A stretch of DNA of 31,866 nt from Bdellovibrionota bacterium. Lineage in GTDB: Bacteria; Bdellovibrionota; UBA1018; UBA923. A program made the position numbers and the translations under genes. The stretch covers positions 1-31,866 of the forward strand of contig JBFMCE010000046.1 in assembly GCA_040754655.1 (NCBI GenBank), written 5' to 3'. Positions 16,286 to 25,359 of the stretch are shown piece by piece; position 1 is the first letter of the stretch; each line of letters begins with the position of its first letter. The notes under the pieces are model-generated. The model searched no databases. It was not told the DNA's origin and saw only the letters and a list, made by a program, of their open reading frames with translations.

Positions 16286-16655
16286 CGAGGCTATTAAAAC
16301 ACGCCTGCAGGCGCATGCTCCCTACTCTAAGTTCATGGTCGGAGCAGCCATCCGAGACGACCAAGGGCAAATTTACGGGGGATGTAATGTCGAAAACGCC
16401 TCTTACGGAGCTACGATCTGCGCCGAAAGGACAGCTGTAGTCAGAATGGTAGGCCAATCCGGGGCTCGAAAGATCACTGAGGTCGTGGTGGTTACCGATG
16501 GCGCATCGGGACACACCCCCTGCGGCATTTGCAGACAGGTACTGACAGAGTTCTCGGCTGATCCCAAGAAGACCTTGGTGCACATTGCAAATACTCAAAA
16601 GATCCTCAAGACTTTTACTCTTGAGGACTTGTTGCCGGAGTCGTTTAAACTCTGA
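16269..16655 (+). CDS. cdd: Cytidine deaminase (homotetrameric type)
   Basis: Motifs APYSKF.VGAA, GCNVENASYG, ICAERTA, PCGICRQ and LLPESF. Start at the ATG at 16269 with GGAGG upstream; overlaps the end of punA. Confidence 0.95.
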   Translation: MNPLLSEAIKTRLQAHAPYSKFMVGAAIRDDQGQIYGGCNVENASYGATICAERTAVVRMVGQSGARKITEVVVVTDGASGHTPCGICRQVLTEFSADPKKTLVHIANTQKILKTFTLEDLLPESFKL

Positions 16656-16702
16656 GTTTTTTCTTGACCAAAAGATCGAGAGCGAAGTAAAAGGGTCGGC
16701 CT

Positions 16703-17236
16703 ATGTACGCAATTATTGAGACTGGTGGAAAGCAATATCGTGTTTCTCCTGGCGATGTCGTATCGCTGGAAAGTTTGAATGGTGAAATCGGCAAAACCGT
16801 CACCTTCGACAAAGTGCTGTTGGTTGGTGGCAAGACTGGTGATCAAGCGCTCGTGGGAACCCCATACGTGGCGCAAGCCACTCTTGAAGCTGAGATCGTT
16901 CAGCAAGCTCGTGGAGAAAAACTTCTCACGATCAAGTACAGACGCCGAAAAGGATATCGCAGGACGATCGGCCATCGCCAAGAATTGACCCGCGTTCTTG
17001 TAACGAAGATCAGCAACGGGCAAGGTCAATCAGAACAATTTGATGCTGCGAAACGAAATGAAGCGCTTCTGAAGGCAAGCGTTCCGTTTGCAACCAAGAA
17101 ACCAAAACAAGCTAAACCCAAGTTAGCGAAAGCGACTGCCAGTGCTGAAGGCGCTGAAGCCGCAACTACGCCGACAAAAAAACGCAGCTCCACAACCACA
17201 GCAAAAAAAGCTGCCCCAAAAAAGACAAAGGCATAA
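16703..17236 (+). CDS. rplU: 50S ribosomal protein bL21 with a Lys/Ala-rich C-terminal extension
   Basis: MYAIIETGGKQYRV, VGTPYV and KYRRRKGYRRTIGHRQ; adjacent to rpmA. Confidence 0.97.
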   Translation: MYAIIETGGKQYRVSPGDVVSLESLNGEIGKTVTFDKVLLVGGKTGDQALVGTPYVAQATLEAEIVQQARGEKLLTIKYRRRKGYRRTIGHRQELTRVLVTKISNGQGQSEQFDAAKRNEALLKASVPFATKKPKQAKPKLAKATASAEGAEAATTPTKKRSSTTTAKKAAPKKTKA

Positions 17237-17248
17237 CGGAGAAGATTC

Positions 17249-17509
17249 ATGGCACATAAAAAAGCAGGTGGTAGTTCTCGCAACGGCCGCGATTCAAACC
17301 CAAAGATGCGTGGCGTAAAGCGCTTCGGTGGACAACTTGTGAATGCAGGCGAGATTCTCGTGCGCCAAGCAGGAACGAAATTCCATGCTGGCAAAAACGT
17401 GGGCCTTGGCCGTGACTTCACTTTGTATTCGCTTGTAGAAGGTGTCGTAAAGTTTGAGCATTACGATAAGAAGCGAAAACAAATCTCGGTTTATCCCCAA
17501 GCATCCTAA
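17249..17509 (+). CDS. rpmA: 50S ribosomal protein bL27
   Basis: [25 protein letters not shown] and [15 protein letters not shown] Shine-Dalgarno. Confidence 0.98.
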   Translation: MAHKKAGGSSRNGRDSNPKMRGVKRFGGQLVNAGEILVRQAGTKFHAGKNVGLGRDFTLYSLVEGVVKFEHYDKKRKQISVYPQAS

Positions 17510-17534
17510 ATTGCGTTTTGGTCCACTTTAACTC

Positions 17535-17560
17535 TTCGCCAAACTCTTGAGATTGGCGAA
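17535..17560. other. Intergenic stem-loop between rpmA and obgE
   Basis: TTCGCCAA...TTGGCGAA forms a perfect 8-bp stem around ACTCTTGAGA. No adjacent U-tract. Confidence 0.45.
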
Positions 17561-17584
17561 CTCGATCGCCCTACGCGCTCGTAA

Positions 17585-18643
<1,059 letters not shown>

Positions 18644-18793
18644 GCTTCTCGACGTATAGAGGGAGCGCGGCAGAGGATCGAGGATTGCCGACCTTCCGGC
18701 AGATTCTGATTATTAAGCCATAGATCCTAGCAAATTGCTTGCGAAACAGTCCCATGATCGTAATAGAATACGAAAGATGGAGGCTTCTCTTTC

Positions 18794-19168
18794 ATGTTAA
18801 ACCGTCAGTTTCTTCCGCTTCGGGTTCCAGGCTTAAAACTTTGCGCACTTGCCGTGATGGCGGCCCTTTTTGGGCCCCTTTCCGCGAATGCCGCGACGTA
18901 CTCATTCAAACAGGTTTTAGTGAAGTCCGTCCGCACGACGACTTCGAACAACGCCTCTTATGTCGAGGTTGAACTAGAAGGTCCGGGCACTGATAAACTC
19001 AAGCGCCCTCCGATGATTGTTTTGAACGATCCAAGAGCGCTGGCGCCAAACCCGTACGCACGGGAAAACCACCAGAAGCTTCTGTCCGCGTACACCAAGG
19101 AGACTCCAGTCGACGTCACCGTACATGAAGGTGAGATCGTTGAAGTAGAAGCGCAATCCAAGAAGTGA
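18794..19168 (+). CDS. Small hypothetical secreted protein (124 aa)
   Basis: GGAGG 10 nt upstream of the ATG and a signal-peptide-like segment LKLCALAVMAALFGPLSANA-A. It fills the obgE-nadD gap on the coding strand. Confidence 0.7.
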   Translation: MLNRQFLPLRVPGLKLCALAVMAALFGPLSANAATYSFKQVLVKSVRTTTSNNASYVEVELEGPGTDKLKRPPMIVLNDPRALAPNPYARENHQKLLSAYTKETPVDVTVHEGEIVEVEAQSKK

Positions 19169-19196
19169 TCGTCAACAAAGAACTTGGCTAAGCAGA

Positions 19197-19925
19197 ATGC
19201 AAAAACAAGCCTCAACCGACAATGATCTTCCTGCCCTTGTCAAAAAGGGAGTTGGGCTCTTCGGCGGAAGTTTTGACCCGGTTCATTGGGGCCATGTGCG
19301 TTTGGCTGAAGAGGTTCAAAAGAATTTGAACTTTGATCCGCTCTGGATCATCCCTAGCCAAAATCCTCCTCATAAACCGCCTTTTGAGATTGGAACGAGC
19401 CACAGACTCGCGATGGTTGAGACCGCCTTTGCCCACGTTCCTCAAACCAAGATTTCGAAATACGAAATCGAACGCAAGGACTATAGTTTCGCTATCCACA
19501 CCATCGAGCACTTTAAACAGATCTATCCTGATCGGCCGTTGTTTTTCATTTTGGGCATGGATGCGTTTTATGACCTGCCCAAGTGGTTTGAATTCCCTCG
19601 TGTGCTTGAAGAGTGCTCGTACATCATAGTGAGCCGCGCGGGTTGGGACTTTAGGACGCAGTCTAGCCCCAGGCTTCAGGCCAGGCTGGCGGACCTAGTG
19701 GAATCAGGACTTCTCACCAAAACCAAGCCGGTGGAGCCTTTTAAAAACGCCCACCAAACCCGCTCAGGCGGCTTTGTCGTCACCCTTGAGCTTGAGCTTC
19801 CAGAGGTAAGTTCGACGGAGGTGCGAATGCGGTTGCAACTCGGGGAAAGCATTGAAAGTCTCGTGCCTGCCGCGATAGCGCGTTATTTGAAAAGTCTGCC
19901 TGCATATGGTACCAAAAAAGCATGA
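19197..19925 (+). CDS. nadD: Nicotinate-nucleotide adenylyltransferase
   Basis: GLFGGSFDPVHWGH (HxGH), NPPHK, FILGMDAF and VSSTEVR; canonical nadD-rsfS-rlmH context. Confidence 0.95.
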   Translation: MQKQASTDNDLPALVKKGVGLFGGSFDPVHWGHVRLAEEVQKNLNFDPLWIIPSQNPPHKPPFEIGTSHRLAMVETAFAHVPQTKISKYEIERKDYSFAIHTIEHFKQIYPDRPLFFILGMDAFYDLPKWFEFPRVLEECSYIIVSRAGWDFRTQSSPRLQARLADLVESGLLTKTKPVEPFKNAHQTRSGGFVVTLELELPEVSSTEVRMRLQLGESIESLVPAAIARYLKSLPAYGTKKA

Positions 19926-20332
19926 AAGCTTCTCAATCTATTTCATCGAGGGAACTGGCCCTGCTTTGCGCTCGAGCGGCGATAGACAAGAAAGCCGGCA
20001 ACAGCCTTATCTTCGAAGTCGGTAAACTCGGTGCATTTACGGATTATTTTTTGATTACAAGCGGCTCAAACGAGCGCCAGGTGCAAGCCATCGCGGATGA
20101 AATCGCGAAGTCTGCCAAATCGCGAGGCCTCTCCGTGCATGCGATAGAAGGTTATGATGAGGGGCGCTGGGTGCTCGTCGACTTTGGCGATGTGGTGGTT
20201 CATATTTTTCACGAATACATCCGTGAGTTTTACGACCTTGAATCGCTCTGGTCAACCGCCCCGCGGCTTCGCATCCCTGAAGAGTATTACACCCTTCCAA
20301 AATCAGCCGAAATCTCCACCTCAATTTCGTGA
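19922..20332 (+). CDS. rsfS: Ribosome silencing factor RsfS (Iojap)
   Basis: DKKA, TDYFLITSG, RQVQAIAD, WVLVDFGDVVVHIF and REFYDLESLW; ATGA overlap with nadD. Confidence 0.96.
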   Translation: MKASQSISSRELALLCARAAIDKKAGNSLIFEVGKLGAFTDYFLITSGSNERQVQAIADEIAKSAKSRGLSVHAIEGYDEGRWVLVDFGDVVVHIFHEYIREFYDLESLWSTAPRLRIPEEYYTLPKSAEISTSIS

Positions 20333-20793
20333 AGATCGCGTTTGTCACTATCGGTCGCCACAAGTTCAAAGAGTGCGAGACGCTGGTGCAGCATTACCTC
20401 AAGCTTGCAGGCAAGTTCGCTTCAATTGAAACGGTTGAGCTTCAGCCTTCCCGCTCGGCAAACGAAGAAAGCGCTCAAAACATCGCGCTCTCAAAGTGGT
20501 TCGAAAAACGAGGCACGCGCGCCCACCTGACCCTTCTTGACGAAAAAGGCAGCTCGTTCACAAGCCGCGAACTTTCGGCGCGCATTGAAAAGATACGATC
20601 GGGCTCGCATTCGGAGTGGATCATCGTCACGGCAGGCGCACGAGGATTTGATGAGTCGCTAAAAAAACGCGCAAACCTTTTGTGGTCGCTCTCTCCCCTC
20701 ACGTTTGCCCATGAGATCGCCGCCGTGGTGGCGGCTGAACAAATCTTTCGCGCGCTTTCGATCTTGAACAAGCATCCGTATCACAATGAGTAA
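20329..20793 (+). CDS. rlmH: 23S rRNA (pseudouridine-1915-N3)-methyltransferase
   Basis: LDEKG..FTS, WSLSPLTF.H, EQIFRA and HPYHNE; the GTG start overlaps the rsfS stop (GTGA). Confidence 0.92.
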   Translation: MKIAFVTIGRHKFKECETLVQHYLKLAGKFASIETVELQPSRSANEESAQNIALSKWFEKRGTRAHLTLLDEKGSSFTSRELSARIEKIRSGSHSEWIIVTAGARGFDESLKKRANLLWSLSPLTFAHEIAAVVAAEQIFRALSILNKHPYHNE

Positions 20794-20822
20794 CTCGCAT
20801 TTCATAAATTGAGTGCGCTGTT

Positions 20823-21614
20823 TCAGGGATAAAAGGAAATCGCTTTTGCCTGCGCTTCTCTCAGCATGCGCAGGTGTTCTTCACGTTTGACCATGCGCCC
20901 CCCCAGGGACTTGGTTGTGTTGGTGAGTGATTGTATATCGATCCACTTGATGCCTCTTGCCTTCAGGTGTTCAACAAGAGCCACCGTAGCCACCTTTGAT
21001 GCATTGGATTCGGTGTGAAACATGCTCTCGCCGGCAAACACGCCATTGAGGTGCACTCCATAAGTGCCCCCTACCAGGCGATCCCCGTTCCAAACTTCAA
21101 CGCTATGAGCGTATCCAGCCTTGTGCAGTTCAATGTAATGTTCGATGAACTTAGGCGAGATCCAAGTCAACGAATTGCCCGCATCATCCAGTTGATCTGG
21201 CCTATATTGAGCGGCGCATGCTTTGATGACTTGTTCAAAAGCTTGATCAAAGGTCACGCGAAAGGGATTGTTCTTTAAAAAACCTCTCAAAGTTCGGCCG
21301 ATGTGAAGCTCATCGACGAAAAGAATACCGCGCTCAGCGGGTTGAAACCACCACACGGTCTTGCCACGATCAATTCACGGGAAGATGCCATTGGAATAGG
21401 CCTCAAGCATACTCTGCATCGACAAATCAACTCTTCTTGAGACAAGCCCTCCTTCACCATCATTGGGCCTGAATCTTGGAAGGGTTAAAGGATGAAAAAG
21501 TTTTAGCTCGGTTTCGCATCGGTTCCGATCTCCGGCCCAGCCTCCGGTGGCAACCGCCATGCTTGACGATGAAAGAGGAATCAAAAAAAGAAGGATCCGA
21601 ATAAGTTGATGCAC
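20823..21614 (-). pseudogene. aat: Leucyl/phenylalanyl-tRNA--protein transferase interrupted by one in-frame TGA (nonsense mutation, sequencing error or readthrough); signal-peptide-like N-terminus
   Basis: ORFs 21375..21671 and 20823..21356 share a frame and join as LEAYSNGIFP*IDRGKTVWWFQPAERG, with TGA at 21377-21375. Downstream motifs are intact: AFEQVIKAC, TWI, AHSVEVW, LVGGTYGV, GESMFH, NASKVA and IDIQ. Probable start is the GTG at 21614 (AAGGGG upstream); the ATG at 21638 is an alternative. Confidence 0.85.
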
Positions 21615-21706
21615 TGCAACACCCCTTATGCGACCCATACCGCGCGTAAGTTTTTGTTGCAATACCCGCAATTGAATTTCTGTAATTTTTGAGCTCTATT
21701 AAAACC

Positions 21707-23293
21707 ATGCCACAGCACCCGGTGCCCAGCCCAAGCCAAAGACCAAAAGTATTTCTCATCATTCTTGATGGTTTTGGAATTGGCAAAGACTCGCCCTATA
21801 ACGCGATTCAAAATGCTGAAATGCCTTTTTATAAGGAACTTTGCAGAAAGTTTCCGCGCTCTGAAATCACGACCAGCGGAGAAGCGGTGGGACTGCCTGC
21901 AGGCATCATGGGCAATAGCGAAGTGGGTCATATGAACATGGGCGCTGGCCGGATTGTTTATCAAGAGCTCACTCGAATCAACAAAGCCATTCGTGAAGGC
22001 GAGTTTGAACGGAATAAAGAAATATTAAACGCGATCCAAGCCGTCGAAAAATCAGGCGGTAGATTGCACTTGATGGGTCTTCTCTCAGACGCCGGCGTGC
22101 ACTCGGACATGGGCCACCTCGAAGCCCTCATTCGACTCGCTAGCCAAAAAGTGCCTGTCACGATCCATGCCTTCACCGATGGAAGAGACACCCCGCCTAC
22201 TTCGGGCAAACACTACCTGAAACGCTTGGCGGATTTTCTAAAACAATATCCTTCTGCGGTTCTAGGCTCGATCTCTGGCAGGTATTATGCCATGGACCGC
22301 GACAACCGTTGGGATCGGGTTGAAAAGGCTTGGCGCGTGATCGCAGGTCAAAGCGACCCCTCGCCACTCAAGACGGAGAATGGAACCGACGCAGCCCTGC
22401 AAGTGATTGAAGAGAACTATAAAAAACAGATCACTGATGAGTTCGTGCTTCCCGTGCGCTTCCATCCTGAGGCAGGTCACGGGCATGTCGCGGATGGAGA
22501 TGGGATTCTGTTTTTCAATTTCAGGGCAGATCGAGCGCGCGAATTGACAAGAGCCTTTACCGAAGAAGGTTTCAAGGAATTTCAGGTCACCTCACGGCCC
22601 AAGCTCTCGACTTACCTTTGTTTCACGCAGTACGACAAGAACTTTGGATTGCCAGTGGCGTTTCCACCACAGAACCTCTCAAAAATTCTGCCTGATCTGC
22701 TGGTCGAGCAGAAGATGAGCCAATTTCGAATCGCCGAGACTGAAAAATACGCGCACGTCACCTTCTTCTTCAACGGCGGACGTGAACAGCCATATCCCGA
22801 TGAGGATCGGGCCTTGATCCCTTCGCCCAAAGACGTAGCGACTTACGACCTCAAACCTGAGATGAGCGCGTTTGAAGTCGCCGCCGAGGCCGCAAACCGA
22901 CTTGCGCAGGCAAGGTACAATTTCGTGCTGCTCAACTTTGCCAACCCCGACATGGTAGGCCACACCGGAAACTACAGCGCTGCCGTCAAGGCGCTCACTG
23001 CCGTCGATCGGTGTCTAGATCAAACGATCTCAGCAGCGTTGAGGGCAGATTACGACGTATTGATCACAGCAGACCATGGCAACATTGAAGAAATGCATGA
23101 CCATGACAACGATCAGCCTCACACCCAACACACCCTCAACCCCGTGCCGTTTCACTATATTTCGAAGAAATTCAAGTATCGCGTCGAAAATGGGATTTTA
23201 GCCGATCTGTCCCCAACCATTTTAGAGATCATGGGCCTTCCCCAACCTAAAGAAATGACGGGCAAGTCTCTGCTCTTGGGAAGCCGAACATGA
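21707..23293 (+). CDS. gpmI: 2,3-bisphosphoglycerate-independent phosphoglycerate mutase
   Basis: LIILDGFG, MGNSEVGH, GVHS, DGRDTPP, GRYYAMDRD, FNFRADRAR, AETEKYAHVTFFFNGG, NFANPDMVGHTG and TADHGN. Start placed at the ATG at 21707. Confidence 0.97.
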   Translation: MPQHPVPSPSQRPKVFLIILDGFGIGKDSPYNAIQNAEMPFYKELCRKFPRSEITTSGEAVGLPAGIMGNSEVGHMNMGAGRIVYQELTRINKAIREGEFERNKEILNAIQAVEKSGGRLHLMGLLSDAGVHSDMGHLEALIRLASQKVPVTIHAFTDGRDTPPTSGKHYLKRLADFLKQYPSAVLGSISGRYYAMDRDNRWDRVEKAWRVIAGQSDPSPLKTENGTDAALQVIEENYKKQITDEFVLPVRFHPEAGHGHVADGDGILFFNFRADRARELTRAFTEEGFKEFQVTSRPKLSTYLCFTQYDKNFGLPVAFPPQNLSKILPDLLVEQKMSQFRIAETEKYAHVTFFFNGGREQPYPDEDRALIPSPKDVATYDLKPEMSAFEVAAEAANRLAQARYNFVLLNFANPDMVGHTGNYSAAVKALTAVDRCLDQTISAALRADYDVLITADHGNIEEMHDHDNDQPHTQHTLNPVPFHYISKKFKYRVENGILADLSPTILEIMGLPQPKEMTGKSLLLGSRT

Positions 23294-24291
23294 AGACAAA
23301 ATCAAAACAATTGAAACCTGTCCAATCAGTCGCCGTGCTTTGCAGCGGCGGCGACGCACCTGGCATGAATGCGGCCCTTCGCGCCGTCGTGCGCTACGGC
23401 ATTCATCACGGACTTGAAGTTTACGGCGTCTACAAAGGATACAGCGGCCTGCTTGAAGGCAATATCGAGGAAATGACCTTGAGGTCAGTGGCCAATATCA
23501 TTCAACGGGGCGGCACGATTTTAAAGACAGATCGATGCAAGGCCTTTTTTGAGAAAGCTGTAAGGGCTGAGGCCGTGAACATCCTGCGGCGAAAAAAGAT
23601 TGATGCCCTGGTGGTGGTGGGTGGTGAAGGCTCGTTCACCGGCGCCCATCTCATGGGGAAGGAAAATGACTATCCCACGGTCGGCATTCCCGGAACGATC
23701 GACAACGATGTCTATGGCTCGGAATATACCATTGGCTTCGACACCGCCGTCAACACCGCGCTCGACGCCATCGACAAGATCCGTGACACCGCAAGCTCAC
23801 ACGACAGAGTCTTTTTGGTCGAGGTGATGGGACGCACGAGCCCAGAGATCGCCGTAAGGGTGGGCCTTAGCGGAGGCGCTGAAACGATCATCGTGCCAGA
23901 GCAGGCATCTTCGAGTTCAATTGATGATTTGATCGGCACGCTCAAGAGAAGCGCTGAACAAGGAAAGATGAGCAGCATCGTGATCGTGGCTGAAGGCGCA
24001 AAACCTGGCAGCTACAAACTTGCAAAAGAGCTCAAAAAACGCGCCAAAATCGACGCACGCGTTGCGATTTTGGGACACATCCAACGCGGCGGCAGCCCCT
24101 CTGCGATGGACCGCTACATGGCTTCGATCATGGGTGCCGAAGCGGTACAGGCCGTCATTGAACACAAGAGCGACCTAGCCATCGGCCTTGTTGACGGAAA
24201 GATTGCGCGCATTCCGTTCAAACACGTCATGGGCAAACACAAAAAGGCCGATCGCGGCTTGCTCAAGCTCGCTGAGATTTTGGCGTCATAA
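23290..24291 (+). CDS. pfkA: ATP-dependent 6-phosphofructokinase
   Basis: SGGDAPGMNAA, GGTIL, GGEGS, PGTIDND, IGFDTA, DKIRDTASSH, VEVMGR and LGHIQRGG; ATGA overlap with gpmI. Confidence 0.96.
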   Translation: MKTKSKQLKPVQSVAVLCSGGDAPGMNAALRAVVRYGIHHGLEVYGVYKGYSGLLEGNIEEMTLRSVANIIQRGGTILKTDRCKAFFEKAVRAEAVNILRRKKIDALVVVGGEGSFTGAHLMGKENDYPTVGIPGTIDNDVYGSEYTIGFDTAVNTALDAIDKIRDTASSHDRVFLVEVMGRTSPEIAVRVGLSGGAETIIVPEQASSSSIDDLIGTLKRSAEQGKMSSIVIVAEGAKPGSYKLAKELKKRAKIDARVAILGHIQRGGSPSAMDRYMASIMGAEAVQAVIEHKSDLAIGLVDGKIARIPFKHVMGKHKKADRGLLKLAEILAS

Positions 24292-24299
24292 AACGCTTA

Positions 24300-25187
24300 T
24301 CACTCAAAGCACTTTACGCCACGGCAGTCTACTGCCTTCTGTCTTATCTGCGGTTGGACGGAAAACAAGACATACTTCCCTGTCTCTGAATCTTTTTTCC
24401 ACAGCAGGGTTATTTTGCCGATATCATGGATAAAATCCACGTAACAACCTGGACCGCAAGCCGCAAAGGTCGGAAAATCGCCTCCCAAATAGAGCGTGGC
24501 TTTATAGGTGTCTTGGCTGCAGCGATCAAGACGATAAGCTCCAAGCAGCAGCTCGCGTCGCACGGGATTCTGGGGTTGCCAATAAGAATCCAACTTTTCT
24601 CTTACTTTCTGCAAAAGCTCTTGGACTGTCGGACTACCTAAAGATTCTGCGAGGAAATAGCCACTTGAATTCTTGAGTTTTATTGGAGGACGATTCTCAA
24701 GGCTAAGTTCCCGCTCAACGACATTCGAGTCTGATTGTCTCAGAGGCTCATTGTAAACTTTAGTTTCATCAAGATACGACCTCGAGACCAAATGATTCGT
24801 TAAAAAATTAAACATTCCATTGCAATAAGTGAAATACTTCGTCGTGATCGTGCGTTGCGATTTTGAATCTTCCGGATCGCCAGTCAAAAACCTATACTGA
24901 GTGGAGCCCCAGAGAAGTGTCCTCTTTTTGGTGCCGCTTGGAAGTTCAGTCTGAGTATCAATTGTGGAAAGCAAAACCGAAGATTGTGAAACCTCTTTCT
25001 TCAATTTATTGATGAAGGTATAGATATCTCGCGAGCCCAGGTCTCGGGCGACGTGAGAGGTGGCTCGATGCTTCATTTCTGGTGCTAAAATAAAGGAAGT
25101 TCTTTCGACGTTTTTGCAGTCCTGCGCATGAGCTGCGCCAATCGAAATTACCACTACCCACGAAAGGAATCCCCACTCTCTTATCAT
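24300..25187 (-). CDS. Hypothetical secreted Cys-containing protein
   Basis: Signal-peptide-like MIREWGFLSWVVVISIGAAHA-Q starting at the ATG at 25187, with a purine-rich GGGGGAAAAAG upstream. It contains several Cys, including CGPGC. No family recognised. Confidence 0.7.
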   Translation of the reverse strand: MIREWGFLSWVVVISIGAAHAQDCKNVERTSFILAPEMKHRATSHVARDLGSRDIYTFINKLKKEVSQSSVLLSTIDTQTELPSGTKKRTLLWGSTQYRFLTGDPEDSKSQRTITTKYFTYCNGMFNFLTNHLVSRSYLDETKVYNEPLRQSDSNVVERELSLENRPPIKLKNSSGYFLAESLGSPTVQELLQKVREKLDSYWQPQNPVRRELLLGAYRLDRCSQDTYKATLYLGGDFPTFAACGPGCYVDFIHDIGKITLLWKKDSETGKYVLFSVQPQIRQKAVDCRGVKCFE

Positions 25188-25212
25188 TCTTTTTCCCCCA
25201 CTATGAGCAACC

Positions 25213-25254
25213 GTCATATTTGGGAAAGAATCGCTTGTCTAGATTTACATGTAA
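25213..25254 (-). promoter_or_regulatory. Candidate sigma-70 promoter with an upstream palindrome for the 24300..25187 gene
   Basis: The minus strand reads TAGACA (25241-25236)-N17-TATGAC (25218-25213). A perfect palindrome TTACATGTAA lies at 25245-25254. Confidence 0.35.
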
Positions 25255-25329
25255 TTTTCGGACCCTGATGTGATGCAAAATAACAACACCCTTTAGAGAT
25301 CCCCAAGATGCAATCAAATCGTTTGGCCT

Positions 25330-25345
25330 CGGCACGTCTTCTGCA
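25330..25345 (+). promoter_or_regulatory. Candidate sigma-54 promoter for the ComF-family gene
   Basis: CGGCAC-GTCTT-CTGCA has correct GG-N10-GC spacing and two mismatches to consensus. It ends 14 bp before an ATG that has no evident Shine-Dalgarno. Confidence 0.55.
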
Positions 25346-25359
25346 GTCTCCCACTCACG

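Noticed and set aside
16664..16693. Internal promoter for rplU (TTGACC-N18-TAAAAG)
   Set aside because: The -10 box is poor. A promoter is expected here, but this one is not supported well enough to list.
19197..19925. nadD as a dedicated NaAD supplier for LarB
   Set aside because: NadD does make the LarB substrate, but it sits in its usual obg-nadD-rsfS-rlmH context 12 kb away, so the proximity is probably coincidental.
20620..20793. RlmH deviations (AGARG instead of GG..G, terminal HNE instead of HRE)
   Set aside because: The overall SPOUT motifs and gene context are intact. The changes look like ordinary lineage variation and cannot be judged without an alignment.
21375..21377. UGA as selenocysteine or as evidence of a reassigned genetic code
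   Set aside because: The family residue is Trp, not Cys, and no SECIS-like hairpin was recognised downstream. TGA is a normal stop for many genes here, including larE, larB, nadD, rsfS, gpmI and cdd.
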